Part shown: positions 10,558 to 21,000 of the stretch, piece after piece
Layout: the number at the start of each line of letters is the position of its first letter
Numbering within the stretch: the first letter of the stretch is position 1
Origin: Candidatus Omnitrophota bacterium
Lineage (GTDB): Bacteria; Omnitrophota; Gorgyraeia; Zapsychrales; Fredricksoniimonadaceae
Direction of reading: 5' to 3'
Assembly (NCBI GenBank): GCA_903861305.1
Contig: CAIOTT010000049.1
Span: forward strand, 88,246-152,245
DNA: 64,000 bases
Position numbers and translations under genes: made by a program
Notes under the pieces: generated by a model
The model's database searches: none
The model's input: only the letters and a program-made list of their open reading frames with translations
Told to the model about the DNA's origin: nothing

Positions 10558-11516
10558 CACGCTATATTTCCAAACGCCTGCTGACCGCCGTGTTCCTGCT
10601 GCTTGTCATGAGCTTCATGACCTTCATGCTCATGCGCTTGACGCCCGGCAATTATCTCGACACCCTGCGCATGGACCCTCAGATCTCCCGTGACACACTG
10701 GCCTATTATGAGAAACTTTACCAGCTTGATAAACCCGCGTGGCAACAGTACCTGTATTGGCTTGCCGGGCTGGCGCGCGGGGAACTGGGGTACTCGTTCT
10801 ATTATAATGTCCCGGTAGCCCGGATCATCGCCTCCCGTCTGGGCAATACGTTCATCCTTTCGCTGGCGGCGTTCCTGTTGACCTGGATGATCGCTCTTCC
10901 TCTGGGGATATGGGCGGCCTTGCGCCGCGGGCAGTGGTCGGACAGACTGGCCCAGTTCATTTCTTATGTCGTCCTGTCGATGCCGGGCTTCTTTGTGGCC
11001 ATGATCCTTTTGTATGCCGCAGCCCTGACAGGCTGGCTGCCTCTGGGCGGGATGGAAAGTCCCGGGGCGGGCACGTTACCGTTCTGGGGCAGGGTCCTGG
11101 ATGTCCTCAAGCATCTGGTGATACCGGCCACGGCCCTTTCCCTGGGGTCGATCGCGGCCCTGCAGAAACTCATGCGCGGGAACATGCTCGACGTGCTGGA
11201 GCGCCCGTATATCCTCGCGGCGCGTGCGCGGGGCCTGCCGGAGCGCCGGGTGATCTATGTCCACGCGCTGCGTAACGCCATCAACCCCATGATCACGCTG
11301 CTGGGCTATGAATTCTCGGCTTTGCTCAGCGGCGCGGCGCTCATGGAGATCATCACCAGCTGGCCGGGGCTGGGCAGCCTGATGCTCACGGCGGTCCGGT
11401 CCAAGGATATTTATCTGGTCATGGCGAGCATGATGATGGGCGGGGCCCTTTTTGTGCTGGGGAACCTGCTGGCCGATATCGCGCTGGCCAAGGCTGACCC
11501 GAGGATAAGGCTATGA
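10554..11516 (+). CDS. ABC transporter permease (OppB/DppB-like)
   Basis: BPD_transp_1 permease with the typical N-terminus YISKRLLTAVFLLLVMSFMTFMLMRLTPGN. Overlaps the neighbouring genes by 4 nt. Confidence 0.9.
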   Translation: MTRYISKRLLTAVFLLLVMSFMTFMLMRLTPGNYLDTLRMDPQISRDTLAYYEKLYQLDKPAWQQYLYWLAGLARGELGYSFYYNVPVARIIASRLGNTFILSLAAFLLTWMIALPLGIWAALRRGQWSDRLAQFISYVVLSMPGFFVAMILLYAAALTGWLPLGGMESPGAGTLPFWGRVLDVLKHLVIPATALSLGSIAALQKLMRGNMLDVLERPYILAARARGLPERRVIYVHALRNAINPMITLLGYEFSALLSGAALMEIITSWPGLGSLMLTAVRSKDIYLVMASMMMGGALFVLGNLLADIALAKADPRIRL

Positions 11517-12592
11517 GTGAAATGCGCCTGGCCTGGCAGAGGTTTGTCCGTGACCGCGTGGCGTTCATCGCGCTGGGCGTCCTGGGCTTGCTTTACGCGC
11601 TGACGCTGTTCGCTGATGTGATCGCACCGTATACGTTACGGGATGAATCACGCCTGCATACTTATTGTCCGCCTTCAGCCCTTCATGTTCTCGCGGCGGA
11701 CGGGAGTTTCAGCGGCCTTTACGTGCGCGGGGTGGCCATGCATTATGATGAATACCGTCGGCGTTCTTACAATGAAACGCAGGACGTATATCCTGTCAAA
11801 TTCTTCGCGCGCGGCGAACCGTATCAGCTTTTTGGATTGGTCCGCATGGACAGGCATCTTTTTTCCGTGGACGAGCCCGGCCGGATCTATCTTCTGGGTG
11901 CTGACAGCCGCGGCCGCGATATTTTTTCGCGCATCCTGCACGGGGCGAGGGTCTCCTTGACCATCGGGATCCTGGGTGTCCTGATCTCTTTCGGCATCGG
12001 GCTCCTTGTCGGAGGTATCGCGGGATACTTCGGAGGCCATGTGGATAATGTGCTGATGCGCCTGTGCGAAATGGTGATGATGGTCCCGGGGTTCTATCTT
12101 TTGCTGGCCCTGCGCGCGGCGGTGCCCGACAGCCTCAGCTCCCTGCAGATCTATGCCGCTATCACGATCATCCTGTCCTTCATCGGCTGGGCCGGGCTGG
12201 CCCGCGTGATCCGGGGGATGTGCCTGTCCTTGAAAGAGCGCGACTACGTGCTGGCCGCGTGGACCATGGGGCTGGGCGACATGGAGATCATTGTCCGCCA
12301 CATTTTGCCCCACACTATTTCATATTCCCTGGCGGCGGTGACGCTCGCCGTGCCTGGTTACATTTTGGGAGAATCTGCGCTCAGCCTGATCGGGTTGGGC
12401 ATCCAGGACCCTTACGCGAGCTGGGGGAATATGCTGTCCGAAGCCATGAGCATTGTGCGCATACAATTTGCGCCGTGGATATTATGGCCCGCGTTCTTCA
12501 TAGGCCTTGCGGTCATGTGCTTTAATCTTGTAGGTGACGCCTGGCGCGATGCGTGGGACCCTTTGCTCAAGGGCCGGGGGGATAACGCATGA
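11513..12592 (+). CDS. ABC transporter permease (OppC/DppC-like)
   Basis: Polytopic permease with an OppC-like N-terminal extension. Translationally coupled to its neighbours. Confidence 0.9.
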   Translation: MSEMRLAWQRFVRDRVAFIALGVLGLLYALTLFADVIAPYTLRDESRLHTYCPPSALHVLAADGSFSGLYVRGVAMHYDEYRRRSYNETQDVYPVKFFARGEPYQLFGLVRMDRHLFSVDEPGRIYLLGADSRGRDIFSRILHGARVSLTIGILGVLISFGIGLLVGGIAGYFGGHVDNVLMRLCEMVMMVPGFYLLLALRAAVPDSLSSLQIYAAITIILSFIGWAGLARVIRGMCLSLKERDYVLAAWTMGLGDMEIIVRHILPHTISYSLAAVTLAVPGYILGESALSLIGLGIQDPYASWGNMLSEAMSIVRIQFAPWILWPAFFIGLAVMCFNLVGDAWRDAWDPLLKGRGDNA

Positions 12593-13341
12593 ACGATACG
12601 CGCCTTCTTGTCAAAGGTTTGACTGTCACATTAAGGGAGCAGCCCTTCACGCCGATCCTGAAAGATGTTTCTTTTTCCGTCGGCCGCGGGACCATCACGG
12701 GCATTGTCGGCGGGTCGGGCAGCGGCAAGACGACTTTGGCGCTGGCGCTGCTTGGGCTTGTGCCCCCGGCGATGCGGGTGAAGAGCGGCGAGATACTTTT
12801 TGAAGGGCGCGATGTCCTGGGCATGGATGCCGAGGAGCTTCGCCGCTTGCGCGGGGCGCGCATCAGCATGTCGTTCCAGGAGCCGTCGGGCGCTTTCGAC
12901 CCCGTGGTCACCATCGGGGCGCATATCCTTGCCGCCATGGCCGCGCACAATCCGTCGGCAGGGACGCTCGCGCGTCAGAAGATGCTCGACCTCCTGGCGC
13001 TGGTCGAAGTGCCGGACCCGCGCCGGGTCGCGGCGTGTTATCCGCATGAGCTCTCCGGCGGCCTGCGCCAGCGCGCGATGCTGGCCCTGGCGCTGTGCGC
13101 GCGTCCGGCCCTCCTCGTGGCGGATGAACCCACAAGCAGCCTGGACGTGACCCTCCAGGCCCGGGTCATGGCGTTGTTCCGGAAGCTTCGCCGGGAACTC
13201 GGCGTTTCCATCGTGCTGATCGCCCATGACCTGGGGATGGTGCGGCGCCTTGCGGATGAGACCGTGATCCTGTCGCAGGGCCGTGTGGTGGGTGCGGACC
13301 ACGCGTACGCGAAGGCGTTGATGGCCGCGGAGGAGATGTGA
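12589..13341 (+). CDS. ABC transporter ATP-binding protein (OppD/DppD-like)
   Basis: Walker A GGSGSGKTTLALALLGL, signature LSGGLRQR, Walker B LLVADEPTSSLD. Confidence 0.9.
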   Translation: MNDTRLLVKGLTVTLREQPFTPILKDVSFSVGRGTITGIVGGSGSGKTTLALALLGLVPPAMRVKSGEILFEGRDVLGMDAEELRRLRGARISMSFQEPSGAFDPVVTIGAHILAAMAAHNPSAGTLARQKMLDLLALVEVPDPRRVAACYPHELSGGLRQRAMLALALCARPALLVADEPTSSLDVTLQARVMALFRKLRRELGVSIVLIAHDLGMVRRLADETVILSQGRVVGADHAYAKALMAAEEM

Positions 13342-13342
13342 T

Positions 13343-14083
13343 ATGATCCTGCAGGTTGAGGGCCTTTGCAAAACGTATCCCGGCGGGGTGAAAGCCCTGG
13401 ACGGTGTCACCCTGGACATCCGCGCCGGTGAGAACCTCGGGCTGGTGGGAGAATCCGGCTGCGGCAAGACCACGCTCGCCCGTGTCGTCATGGGGCTTGT
13501 CGCGCCTGATGCGGGGACCGTGCTTTTGCGCGGGAACCCGGACCGCCGTGAGTTCTGCCGCCAGGTGCGCATGGTCTTCCAGGACCCGTTTACGAGCCTG
13601 GACCCGCGGTATTCCGTGCGGGAGATACTCAAGGAGGCCCTCACGCTGGAACCGCGCATGACGACCGGGGAAGGGCTGACGCGCATGCGCCGGGTCCTTG
13701 ACCAGGTGCGCATGCCCCGGGATATCCTGGCCCGTTATCCGCACGAGTTTTCCGGTGGTGAGCGCCAGCGTCTCGCCATTGCCCGGGCCCTGATGACCGA
13801 GCCGTCGCTCCTGATCCTCGATGAGGCGGTCTCTTCACTGGACGTGCTCGTGCAAAAAGAGATCGTCCTGATGCTGGAAGAGCTCCAGCAGCGTTTGCAC
13901 ATGACCTATTTCTTTATTTCGCACAACCTGCGCGTGGTCCGGCGGTTGAGCCGCAAGATCGCGGTGATGACCGGCGGGCGTATTGTGGAATATGGCGACC
14001 GGGACGCGGTGTTCGACCGTCCGGCGCATCCTTATACCAGGACGCTGATCCAGGCAGCGTTCAATTACGAGGTGGCCCCGTGA
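13343..14083 (+). CDS. ABC transporter ATP-binding protein (OppF/DppF-like)
   Basis: Walker A GESGCGKTTLARVV, signature FSGGERQR, Walker B LLILDEAVSSLD. Confidence 0.9.
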   Translation: MILQVEGLCKTYPGGVKALDGVTLDIRAGENLGLVGESGCGKTTLARVVMGLVAPDAGTVLLRGNPDRREFCRQVRMVFQDPFTSLDPRYSVREILKEALTLEPRMTTGEGLTRMRRVLDQVRMPRDILARYPHEFSGGERQRLAIARALMTEPSLLILDEAVSSLDVLVQKEIVLMLEELQQRLHMTYFFISHNLRVVRRLSRKIAVMTGGRIVEYGDRDAVFDRPAHPYTRTLIQAAFNYEVAP

Positions 14084-16323
14084 GCCTGAATTTTTTCCAG
14101 CAGTTGACCCGTGTTTTCGGCCTTCTTGCACTGGGCGTCATGTTCGCCATTATTGCCTTCGCTTGCCTCATTGAGGTCAAGGACCTTGACCTGTGGCTGC
14201 ATGTGAGGATGGGAGAGATCATCACCACGAGCGGCCATGTCCCGGCCAAAGATGTCCTTTCCGCGACGATCAACGGCCGCGCCTGGGTCAACCATGAATG
14301 GCTTTTCCAGGTCGTGGCCTACACGGTGCGTACGGCTTTCGGATTTGACGGGCTGCTGTATATGCAGGCTGTCATGGTCATCCTCACGTTCATGGTCCTT
14401 CTGCTGTGGACCTACCGCGGTGACCGTCAGCTCGTCATTTTGCCGTTGTTGTTCAGCGTCATGCAGGTTTACCAGACGCGTTTCACGGTCCGGCCCGATC
14501 TTTTCAGCGTGATGTATTTTGTCCTCTTTGTGATGATCCTCTCCACGTTCATGGAGAAGCGCTGGTCTTTGCCGGTGCTGATCGTCGTGCAGGTGCTGTG
14601 GGTCAACATGCACGGATATTTCTTCTGGGGCCCGGTCCTTGCCGGTCTATTCCTGGCCGCGGAAGCCGGACGCCGGCACCTGCCGCTGCCCTGGGCCTGG
14701 CGTGAGGAAGGGCGGTTGTCTGACGCCGGGTATCACCGCCTTATGGCCGCGCTGGCGCTTGTTATCCTGGCCGGGCTGGCCAATCCTTTGATGTTCAAAG
14801 GCGCCGTCTACCCGCTGAAGGTCCTGCTCCAGCTTTCCGGCGGGCACAAGGTGTTCTTCAAGTACATCACCGAGCTTCAGCCTCCCATTGTCTGGGCCAA
14901 GTTCTTTGATTTTGGACAGCAGGGGCCCTTCAAAACACTGATCATTGTTTCCGCGATCAGCTTTATCCTGAATATCCGCCGGTTGAACCTGGGGTTATTG
15001 CTGGCGTGGTTGCTGGTGCTCGCGTTTGCCCTTTCCGCACTGCGGAATATGGTCTACTTTGCGGTCATAGCGTATGTTGCGGTCATGTTCAACACGGCCG
15101 CGCTGGACCTGAAGGCCATGCTCCCCGTGCGGTTCATCAGGGAAGAGTTCGAGTTGCTGTCCGGCTGGCTCTGCAAGATCGCGCTCATCGCGTTCTTTTT
15201 GAGTTACGGCGGCGAGATGGCGCAGAACGGGTATTACGATTTCAACAAGTTTGCGCGCAAGAGCGAGTTCCTGGGCATAGCCCAGCGCACCTTTCCCGAC
15301 GGAGCCGTGGATTTCCTGATCCAGAACGGGTTCAAGGGGCCGATCTTCAACGATTTCAATTCCGGAGCTTACCTCGTCGGCCGCGCGTCTCCCGCCATCA
15401 AGGTGTTCATAGACGGGAGGACGGAGCTTTACGGCGACAAATTTTTCAAGTTCTACCGCAAGATATGGGATGAAGGGGACGAAAAGGCCCTGGATGAGGC
15501 GGTGGCGCGTTATCACCTTAAAGGCGCGCTGATCGGCGGTGCTTACACGCGCCCGGGCAAGAACGTCCTGAGCCTTTTCAACCGCAAGCACGGGTGGAAG
15601 CTTGTTTATTTTGCCGATGACGGGCTGGTTTACCTGCGCGATATCCCCGAGAACGCGGCGCTGATCCGTAAGTTCGCCATTGACCTGAAAACCCTGCCCC
15701 CGTTCGTGTCGGATATCCATCGCCTGGGTGCGGCCCAGGTCAACCCTTACCGGGAAACCGCGCGCGCGGCTTACCTGCGCGACATGGGTTATCCCGAGCA
15801 GGCCATTGCCCAGGCGGATGCTGCTCTTTCGATCGCTCCGGCGGTGCTGGAGGCGTTCAAGGTAAAGGCTGAGGTTTATGCCGGGAAAAATGACCATAAG
15901 AGGGCCTTTGAGAATTACCGCCTTGCCATCCTGCAGAAGCCCGGGGATCCCAAGCTTCGCCGCGGCATGGCGCTCGCTTTTGTCGGCCTGGGCGAATACG
16001 AACGGGCCCTGGAGCAGGCCGGGCGGCTGGAGGAAGACCCGAAAGATCCTTCCGGGCCTTATGTGCGCGCGAAAGTGTGCGTCAAAAGAGAGCAATATCA
16101 AAAAGCTTATGATATATTGAAGCAGCAGATATTCCCTCTGGAAGAGGGCTTGCCCGAGATCGTCGCCATCGGCGGCTTTTGCGAGGACGCCGGGAAGCTT
16201 GATTGGGCCGCGAAGATCTACACGATGGCCCTGGCCCGCGATCCTGACAACGCTGAGGTGATGAAAAAATTGAAGGACCTTGAAGTGAAACGGCGGCAAT
16301 CGAAAAGGAAGGAAGCTCCATGA
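14080..16323 (+). CDS. Polytopic membrane protein with C-terminal TPR repeats (possible glycosyltransferase-like, family uncertain)
   Basis: 747 aa. About 12 hydrophobic helices lie in the first ~330 aa. The C-terminal third has TPR-like repeats (AYLRDMGYPEQAIAQADAALSIAP..., ALAFVGLGEYERALEQ, AKIYTMALARDPDNAEV). Confidence 0.5.
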   Translation: MSLNFFQQLTRVFGLLALGVMFAIIAFACLIEVKDLDLWLHVRMGEIITTSGHVPAKDVLSATINGRAWVNHEWLFQVVAYTVRTAFGFDGLLYMQAVMVILTFMVLLLWTYRGDRQLVILPLLFSVMQVYQTRFTVRPDLFSVMYFVLFVMILSTFMEKRWSLPVLIVVQVLWVNMHGYFFWGPVLAGLFLAAEAGRRHLPLPWAWREEGRLSDAGYHRLMAALALVILAGLANPLMFKGAVYPLKVLLQLSGGHKVFFKYITELQPPIVWAKFFDFGQQGPFKTLIIVSAISFILNIRRLNLGLLLAWLLVLAFALSALRNMVYFAVIAYVAVMFNTAALDLKAMLPVRFIREEFELLSGWLCKIALIAFFLSYGGEMAQNGYYDFNKFARKSEFLGIAQRTFPDGAVDFLIQNGFKGPIFNDFNSGAYLVGRASPAIKVFIDGRTELYGDKFFKFYRKIWDEGDEKALDEAVARYHLKGALIGGAYTRPGKNVLSLFNRKHGWKLVYFADDGLVYLRDIPENAALIRKFAIDLKTLPPFVSDIHRLGAAQVNPYRETARAAYLRDMGYPEQAIAQADAALSIAPAVLEAFKVKAEVYAGKNDHKRAFENYRLAILQKPGDPKLRRGMALAFVGLGEYERALEQAGRLEEDPKDPSGPYVRAKVCVKREQYQKAYDILKQQIFPLEEGLPEIVAIGGFCEDAGKLDWAAKIYTMALARDPDNAEVMKKLKDLEVKRRQSKRKEAP

Positions 16324-17543
16324 CGAGAAACGTCCTGACGTTCATCCTGGCGGGCGGCAAAGGCGAACGCCTGAACCCGTTAACGCGTGACCGCGCGAAA
16401 CCCGCGGTCCCTTTTGGCGGGATCTACCGCATCATTGATTTCACCCTGTCCAACTGCATCAACTCGGGGCTGCGCCGCATCTATGTCCTGATCCAGTACA
16501 AATCGTTTTCCCTGCAAAAACACATTCTCGCCGGATGGGATGTAGTTTCATCCCAGCTGGGTGAGTTCATCGACCCGATCCCGGCCCAGCAGCGTTTGGG
16601 TGACGACTGGTACCGGGGGACAGCCGACGCGATCTACCAGAACATTTATGCCATCCATGACCATGGCGCTGACCTTGTGCTGATCCTTGCCGGCGACCAC
16701 CTTTACAAGATGGATTACCAGAAGCTGATCAAGGCGCACCTGGACCACGGCGCGGATGCGTCGGTTTCCTGCATCAAGATGCCCAAGCGGGAATCGCCCC
16801 AGCTGGGCGTGATCGAGGTCGACCACGACGGTTTCATTTGCGGGTTCCAGGAAAAACCGCAGGTGCCCAAGACCATTCCCGGCGATCCGGAACATATTTT
16901 TGCGTCAATGGGGATCTACCTCTTTAATGGCAGCATGCTGGTCAGCGAGCTGGAACGTGACGCGGCGGACGGCGCGTCGGACCATGATTTCGGCAAGAAC
17001 ATCATCCCCAAACTGGTGGCATCGCAGAAAAAGGTACTCGCGTATGATTTCGGCCAGCAGTCGGATTACTGGCGCGACATCGGGACCCGCGATGCGTATT
17101 ATCAGGCCAACATGGACCTTGTCGCGCTGCATCCTGCCTTTGACCTGTATGATAAGGAATGGCCCCTGCGCACGCACTATTCGCATTATCCGCCGATGTC
17201 GCTGCGCAACGTGCGCGGCAAGGGCGGGGAGACGCCCGGCATGGTCGTTGATTCGATCGTGTCCCCCGGGTGTTTCATCGAGGGCGGGTTGGTGGAACGA
17301 TCGGTGCTTTCCTCGCAGGTCACGGTACGCAAGGGTGCTCACGTGCAGGATTCCATCCTCATGGACGGTGTCGTGGTAGGCGAGGGCGCGCAGATCAAGA
17401 AGGCCATCATTGACAAGCAGGTCACCATCCCCGCGGGGGAGAAGATCGGCTATGACCTGGAGCTTGACCGCACCCGTTTCGCGGTCACGGCATCGGGGAT
17501 CGTCATCGTCCCGAAAAAGACAGCTATTCCGGAACTTACTTGA
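16320..17543 (+). CDS. glgC: Glucose-1-phosphate adenylyltransferase
   Basis: The N-terminus LTFILAGGKGERLNPLTRDRAKPAVPFGGIYRIIDFTLSNCINSG is diagnostic of GlgC. A C-terminal left-handed beta-helix region is present. Confidence 0.9.
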   Translation: MTRNVLTFILAGGKGERLNPLTRDRAKPAVPFGGIYRIIDFTLSNCINSGLRRIYVLIQYKSFSLQKHILAGWDVVSSQLGEFIDPIPAQQRLGDDWYRGTADAIYQNIYAIHDHGADLVLILAGDHLYKMDYQKLIKAHLDHGADASVSCIKMPKRESPQLGVIEVDHDGFICGFQEKPQVPKTIPGDPEHIFASMGIYLFNGSMLVSELERDAADGASDHDFGKNIIPKLVASQKKVLAYDFGQQSDYWRDIGTRDAYYQANMDLVALHPAFDLYDKEWPLRTHYSHYPPMSLRNVRGKGGETPGMVVDSIVSPGCFIEGGLVERSVLSSQVTVRKGAHVQDSILMDGVVVGEGAQIKKAIIDKQVTIPAGEKIGYDLELDRTRFAVTASGIVIVPKKTAIPELT

Positions 17544-17726
17544 CGGGAATATGTTTAGTGCCTGAAACATTGTAGACGCCAGCCTCTTCGCCTGGCACGG
17601 CGGAAACCAGGGGCATTGGTCATGTTCGTTCATGGTATGAACACCTGATCCGGTATCTTACGGAATAGAATGTCATAGAACTGCAAGCATTGTTTACAAG
17701 CGTCAGAAGAATAATTCATTCCTTTA

Positions 17727-17755
17727 TTGACAAGGACATTTTTTACCAATAAATT
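17727..17755 (+). promoter_or_regulatory. Sigma70-like promoter (TTGACA, 17-nt spacer, TAAATT) in an AT-rich intergenic region upstream of the HTH gene and smc
   Basis: ttgaca at 17727-17732 and taaatt at 17750-17755. Confidence 0.4.
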
Positions 17756-17830
17756 ATAGGTGCTATGGTGCCATATCTGGGGCCTGTGGTATCTGTCTAT
17801 CCCAATAGGTAACATTCGAGCGAGGGACCC

Positions 17831-18034
17831 ATGGAACAGTTCGGGCAGTTGATGACCATCGATGAAGTGGCGGAGTACCTGCGTGTTAAAAAACGCACGG
17901 TCTACGACTGGGTCAAAAAAGACAAGATCCCGGCCGTCAAGATCGTCGGCCTGTGGCGGTTCCGCAAGCAGCGGATCGACGCCTGGCTTGAGGAGGATTC
18001 CAAAGCGCAGGAATCCCCGGCGGCCAAGAAATAA
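17831..18034 (+). CDS. Small helix-turn-helix DNA-binding protein (excisionase/MerR-superfamily HTH_17-like)
   Basis: 67 aa with the motif LMTIDEVAEYLRVKKRTVYDWVKKDKIPAVKIVGLWRFRKQRIDAWLEE. Confidence 0.6.
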   Translation: MEQFGQLMTIDEVAEYLRVKKRTVYDWVKKDKIPAVKIVGLWRFRKQRIDAWLEEDSKAQESPAAKK

Positions 18035-18082
18035 AGTCCCGCATGATCGCACGCAAGACATTTTTCAAAGGAGCTCAGCCAC

Positions 18083-21000
18083 ATGTATTTCAAGAAGCTT
18101 GAGATATTCGGATTCAAATCATTTGCCGAGAAAACCGTGCTCCATTTCGAACCGGGGATCACGGCTGTCGTCGGCCCCAATGGGTGCGGCAAAAGCAATG
18201 TTTTCGACGCCATCCGCTGGGTCCTTGGCGAGCAGAGCGTCAAGCAGCTGCGCGGCGGGCAGATGGAAGATGTTATTTTTAACGGCACTGACGCAAAGCT
18301 GGCGCTCGGGTTCGCTGAGGTCAGTGTCACGTTCGAGAATGTCCCCCGCGTCCTGCCTGTTGATCATGACGAGGTCACGGTCACGCGCCGTCTTTTCCGT
18401 TCCGGGGAGAGTGAATATCTCATCAATAAAGAACCGGTGCGCCTGAAAGATATCGTCGAAGCGTTCATGGGCACGGGGGTCGGTGCCGAAGCGTATTCGC
18501 TGGTCCAGCAGGGCAAGGTCGACCTTGTCGTCAGCGCCAAGCCCGATGACCGGCGCGTGATCTTCGATGAGGCCTCCGGCATCACCAAATACAAGGCCAA
18601 GAAGCGCGAGGCCATGAACAAGTTGAAGGAGACGGACGATAACCTCTTGCGCCTCAATGACATTGTCGTCGAGGTAAAACGCCAGATCACCTCCGTCGAA
18701 CGCCAGGCGCACAAGGCCAAGCGTTATAAGGACGAGTTTGAAAAGCTCAAGGGCCTTGAGCAGGCCTATGCGTTCCACCAGCTTGATGCTTTGGGCCGTG
18801 AGCGCGCCGGGATCCAGCAGGCGCTCGCTGACCTGAAACAGCGCGAGGAAACCCTCGTGAGGGACCTTGAAGATTTCCGCCAGGTCGTCGAACGTGAGAC
18901 GCTTGCGCTGGAGGACATCGGCCAGAAGGTGAACGAATCCCGTTCCCAGGAATTGAAGCTCGAGAACCAGATCGAACTGGCCAACCGCCAGATCGGTTTC
19001 AACGAAGAGCGCCTTGGGAATATTGCGCAGAACGAGAAACGTGTGGCCGAACAGAAAGAACAGCTGGTCGTCAAATGCGCTGCGCAGGAGGGAAAGATCG
19101 CCGAGCTTGAAAAGCTCCTTGGTGATTTTGAGGCCGATTTCGCTTCGACGTCGGAAGAGCTCGCGCAGAAGCGCGCGGTCCTCGCCGGCCTTGTGGGTGT
19201 GATCCAGGAATATGAGCAGACGATGCATGCTGACGAGGAGAATATCCGCCAGATGACCGCCCGTTTTGCCGCGATGAAAGCCGAGCTGACGGAGATCATG
19301 AAAGAGCGCGAGGGGTACCTTGCCCGCCGTCATCGCCTTGATCAGGAGCAGTCAAAGGTCGTGCGTGAGCGTTCCGAGATCGAATCCCGGTTGAGCGGCC
19401 TTTCCGATGGCATCCGCGCTATTATGGCCCGGCGCAACGAGCTTCAGGATGAACTGGGGCGCGCCAAAGCTGAGCTTGCGGCGGCCCAGGAGGAATTTGC
19501 GGGCCTTAACGCGGCCATCAATGACCTGGAACGTAAAAAGCTTTTCCTTGTTTCCCAGAAAGAATTCATTGAAAAACTGCATGTGCAGTACCAGGACATG
19601 CCGGATCCCGTCGTGACAGGGCACTTTTTCTCCCCGATCCCGCCGGCCGACCGGCACACCGGGTTTATTGGCAAATTGAAGTCTGTCCGCCAGGTCCCTG
19701 CCGAAAATCAGGATGACCTTCGTCGTCACCTCGAGGGCATGGAGGCGGCCGGGCTTTACGAGATCATCTGCGAAACAAAATTCGTTGAGCTTGACCCTCT
19801 GGCCATTGCCGGCGAGATCGAGGCGATCGATGTCCGTCTCGGCGACATGGCCCTGCAGCGCGGCGAAAAACAGGCGCTCATTACGGAGCGTACGCGCGGC
19901 GTCGAGGTGCTCAATCAGGAAGTCCATGCGCAGGACAAACGCCTGTCCGTCTGTGAATCCCAGCAGCAGGATATCAGTGCGCAGGCCGAGAAGCTGCTGC
20001 AGGAATCCACTGTTGTCGACGGAGAGATCCGCGAGGCGGATGAGGGGCTGGTGCGCCTGAACGCAAGCGAGGCACAGCTGACGGGTGAGGCGGCGCTATT
20101 GGAGGGCGATCTTAAGGCCACGCAGGAAAACCTCAGCAACCGTGAAGAGGCCGTCGAGGCCAGCCGCGCGGAGCGGGAAGAAGCGGCCGTGGCGCTGGCC
20201 CAGTTCGAATCCGAGATCAACGCCATGCGCGAACGCGAACGGTCATGGCGCGACAATCTGGAAATGTTCCGTTCTTCGTTGAACGGTTATTTAGATGAAA
20301 TGAGCCGCCTGAACACGGAGGCTTCTTCTTTTGACGAGCGGCGCCAGAAATTGCGTGCGGATATCGCTCAGCTGGAGCAGTCAATGGTCGTTTTGCGCGG
20401 GGAGAGGGAAGCTTTGAAAGAGTCTCTCGCGCGTTTTGAGGCGGAAGAAAAGGACCTGGCTCAGCGCACCGGCAGTTTGCGCGCCGAGATCGCGGGCATG
20501 GGCAAGGAACTGGGTGACGCGCGCGACAATTCTCACGGGATGGCCATGCGCGGGCAGCAACTGGATTTTCAGGAACAGGCGATCAAAGAACGCATGCTCC
20601 AGAGGTACAGCCTTGATCTTGCCGCGATCGCCCTGGCGCCGGCGGCGGGTGAGACGGGTGAGCAAGTAGCTCCCCTGGCGCCGGTTGAAGCGCCTGCGCT
20701 CGATATCGAGGCTCTCAAGGCGGAGATCGCTGTTCTGGTGAAGCGCTGCGATTCTTTCGGCGGCGTTAATCTCCTTGCCATTGAAGAGTTTGAAGACCTT
20801 AAGGGCCGTTTCCAGTTCCTGACGCAGCAGCAAAGCGATCTTCTGGAAGCCAAGACATCCCTTGAACAGACCATCCGCAAGATCAATAAGACCACGCGCG
20901 AGCTTTTTGTGGAGACCTTTGTCAAGATCAACGAGCGCTTCCGTGAATATTTCAAGGTCCTTTTTAACGGCGGCGAGGCCCAGTTGGTGCTCCTTGACCC

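Noticed and set aside
12631-13713. Long minus-strand ORFs (e.g. 12631-13713, 14995-16299, 18119-19333, 20569-21354, 51569-52660, 62549-63562) overlapping annotated + strand genes
   Set aside because: Each lies antisense to a + strand gene with clear family motifs (ABC ATPases, SMC, PilB and others). Their translations are Arg/Pro/Gly/His-rich with no motifs. In GC-rich DNA these are typical shadow ORFs.
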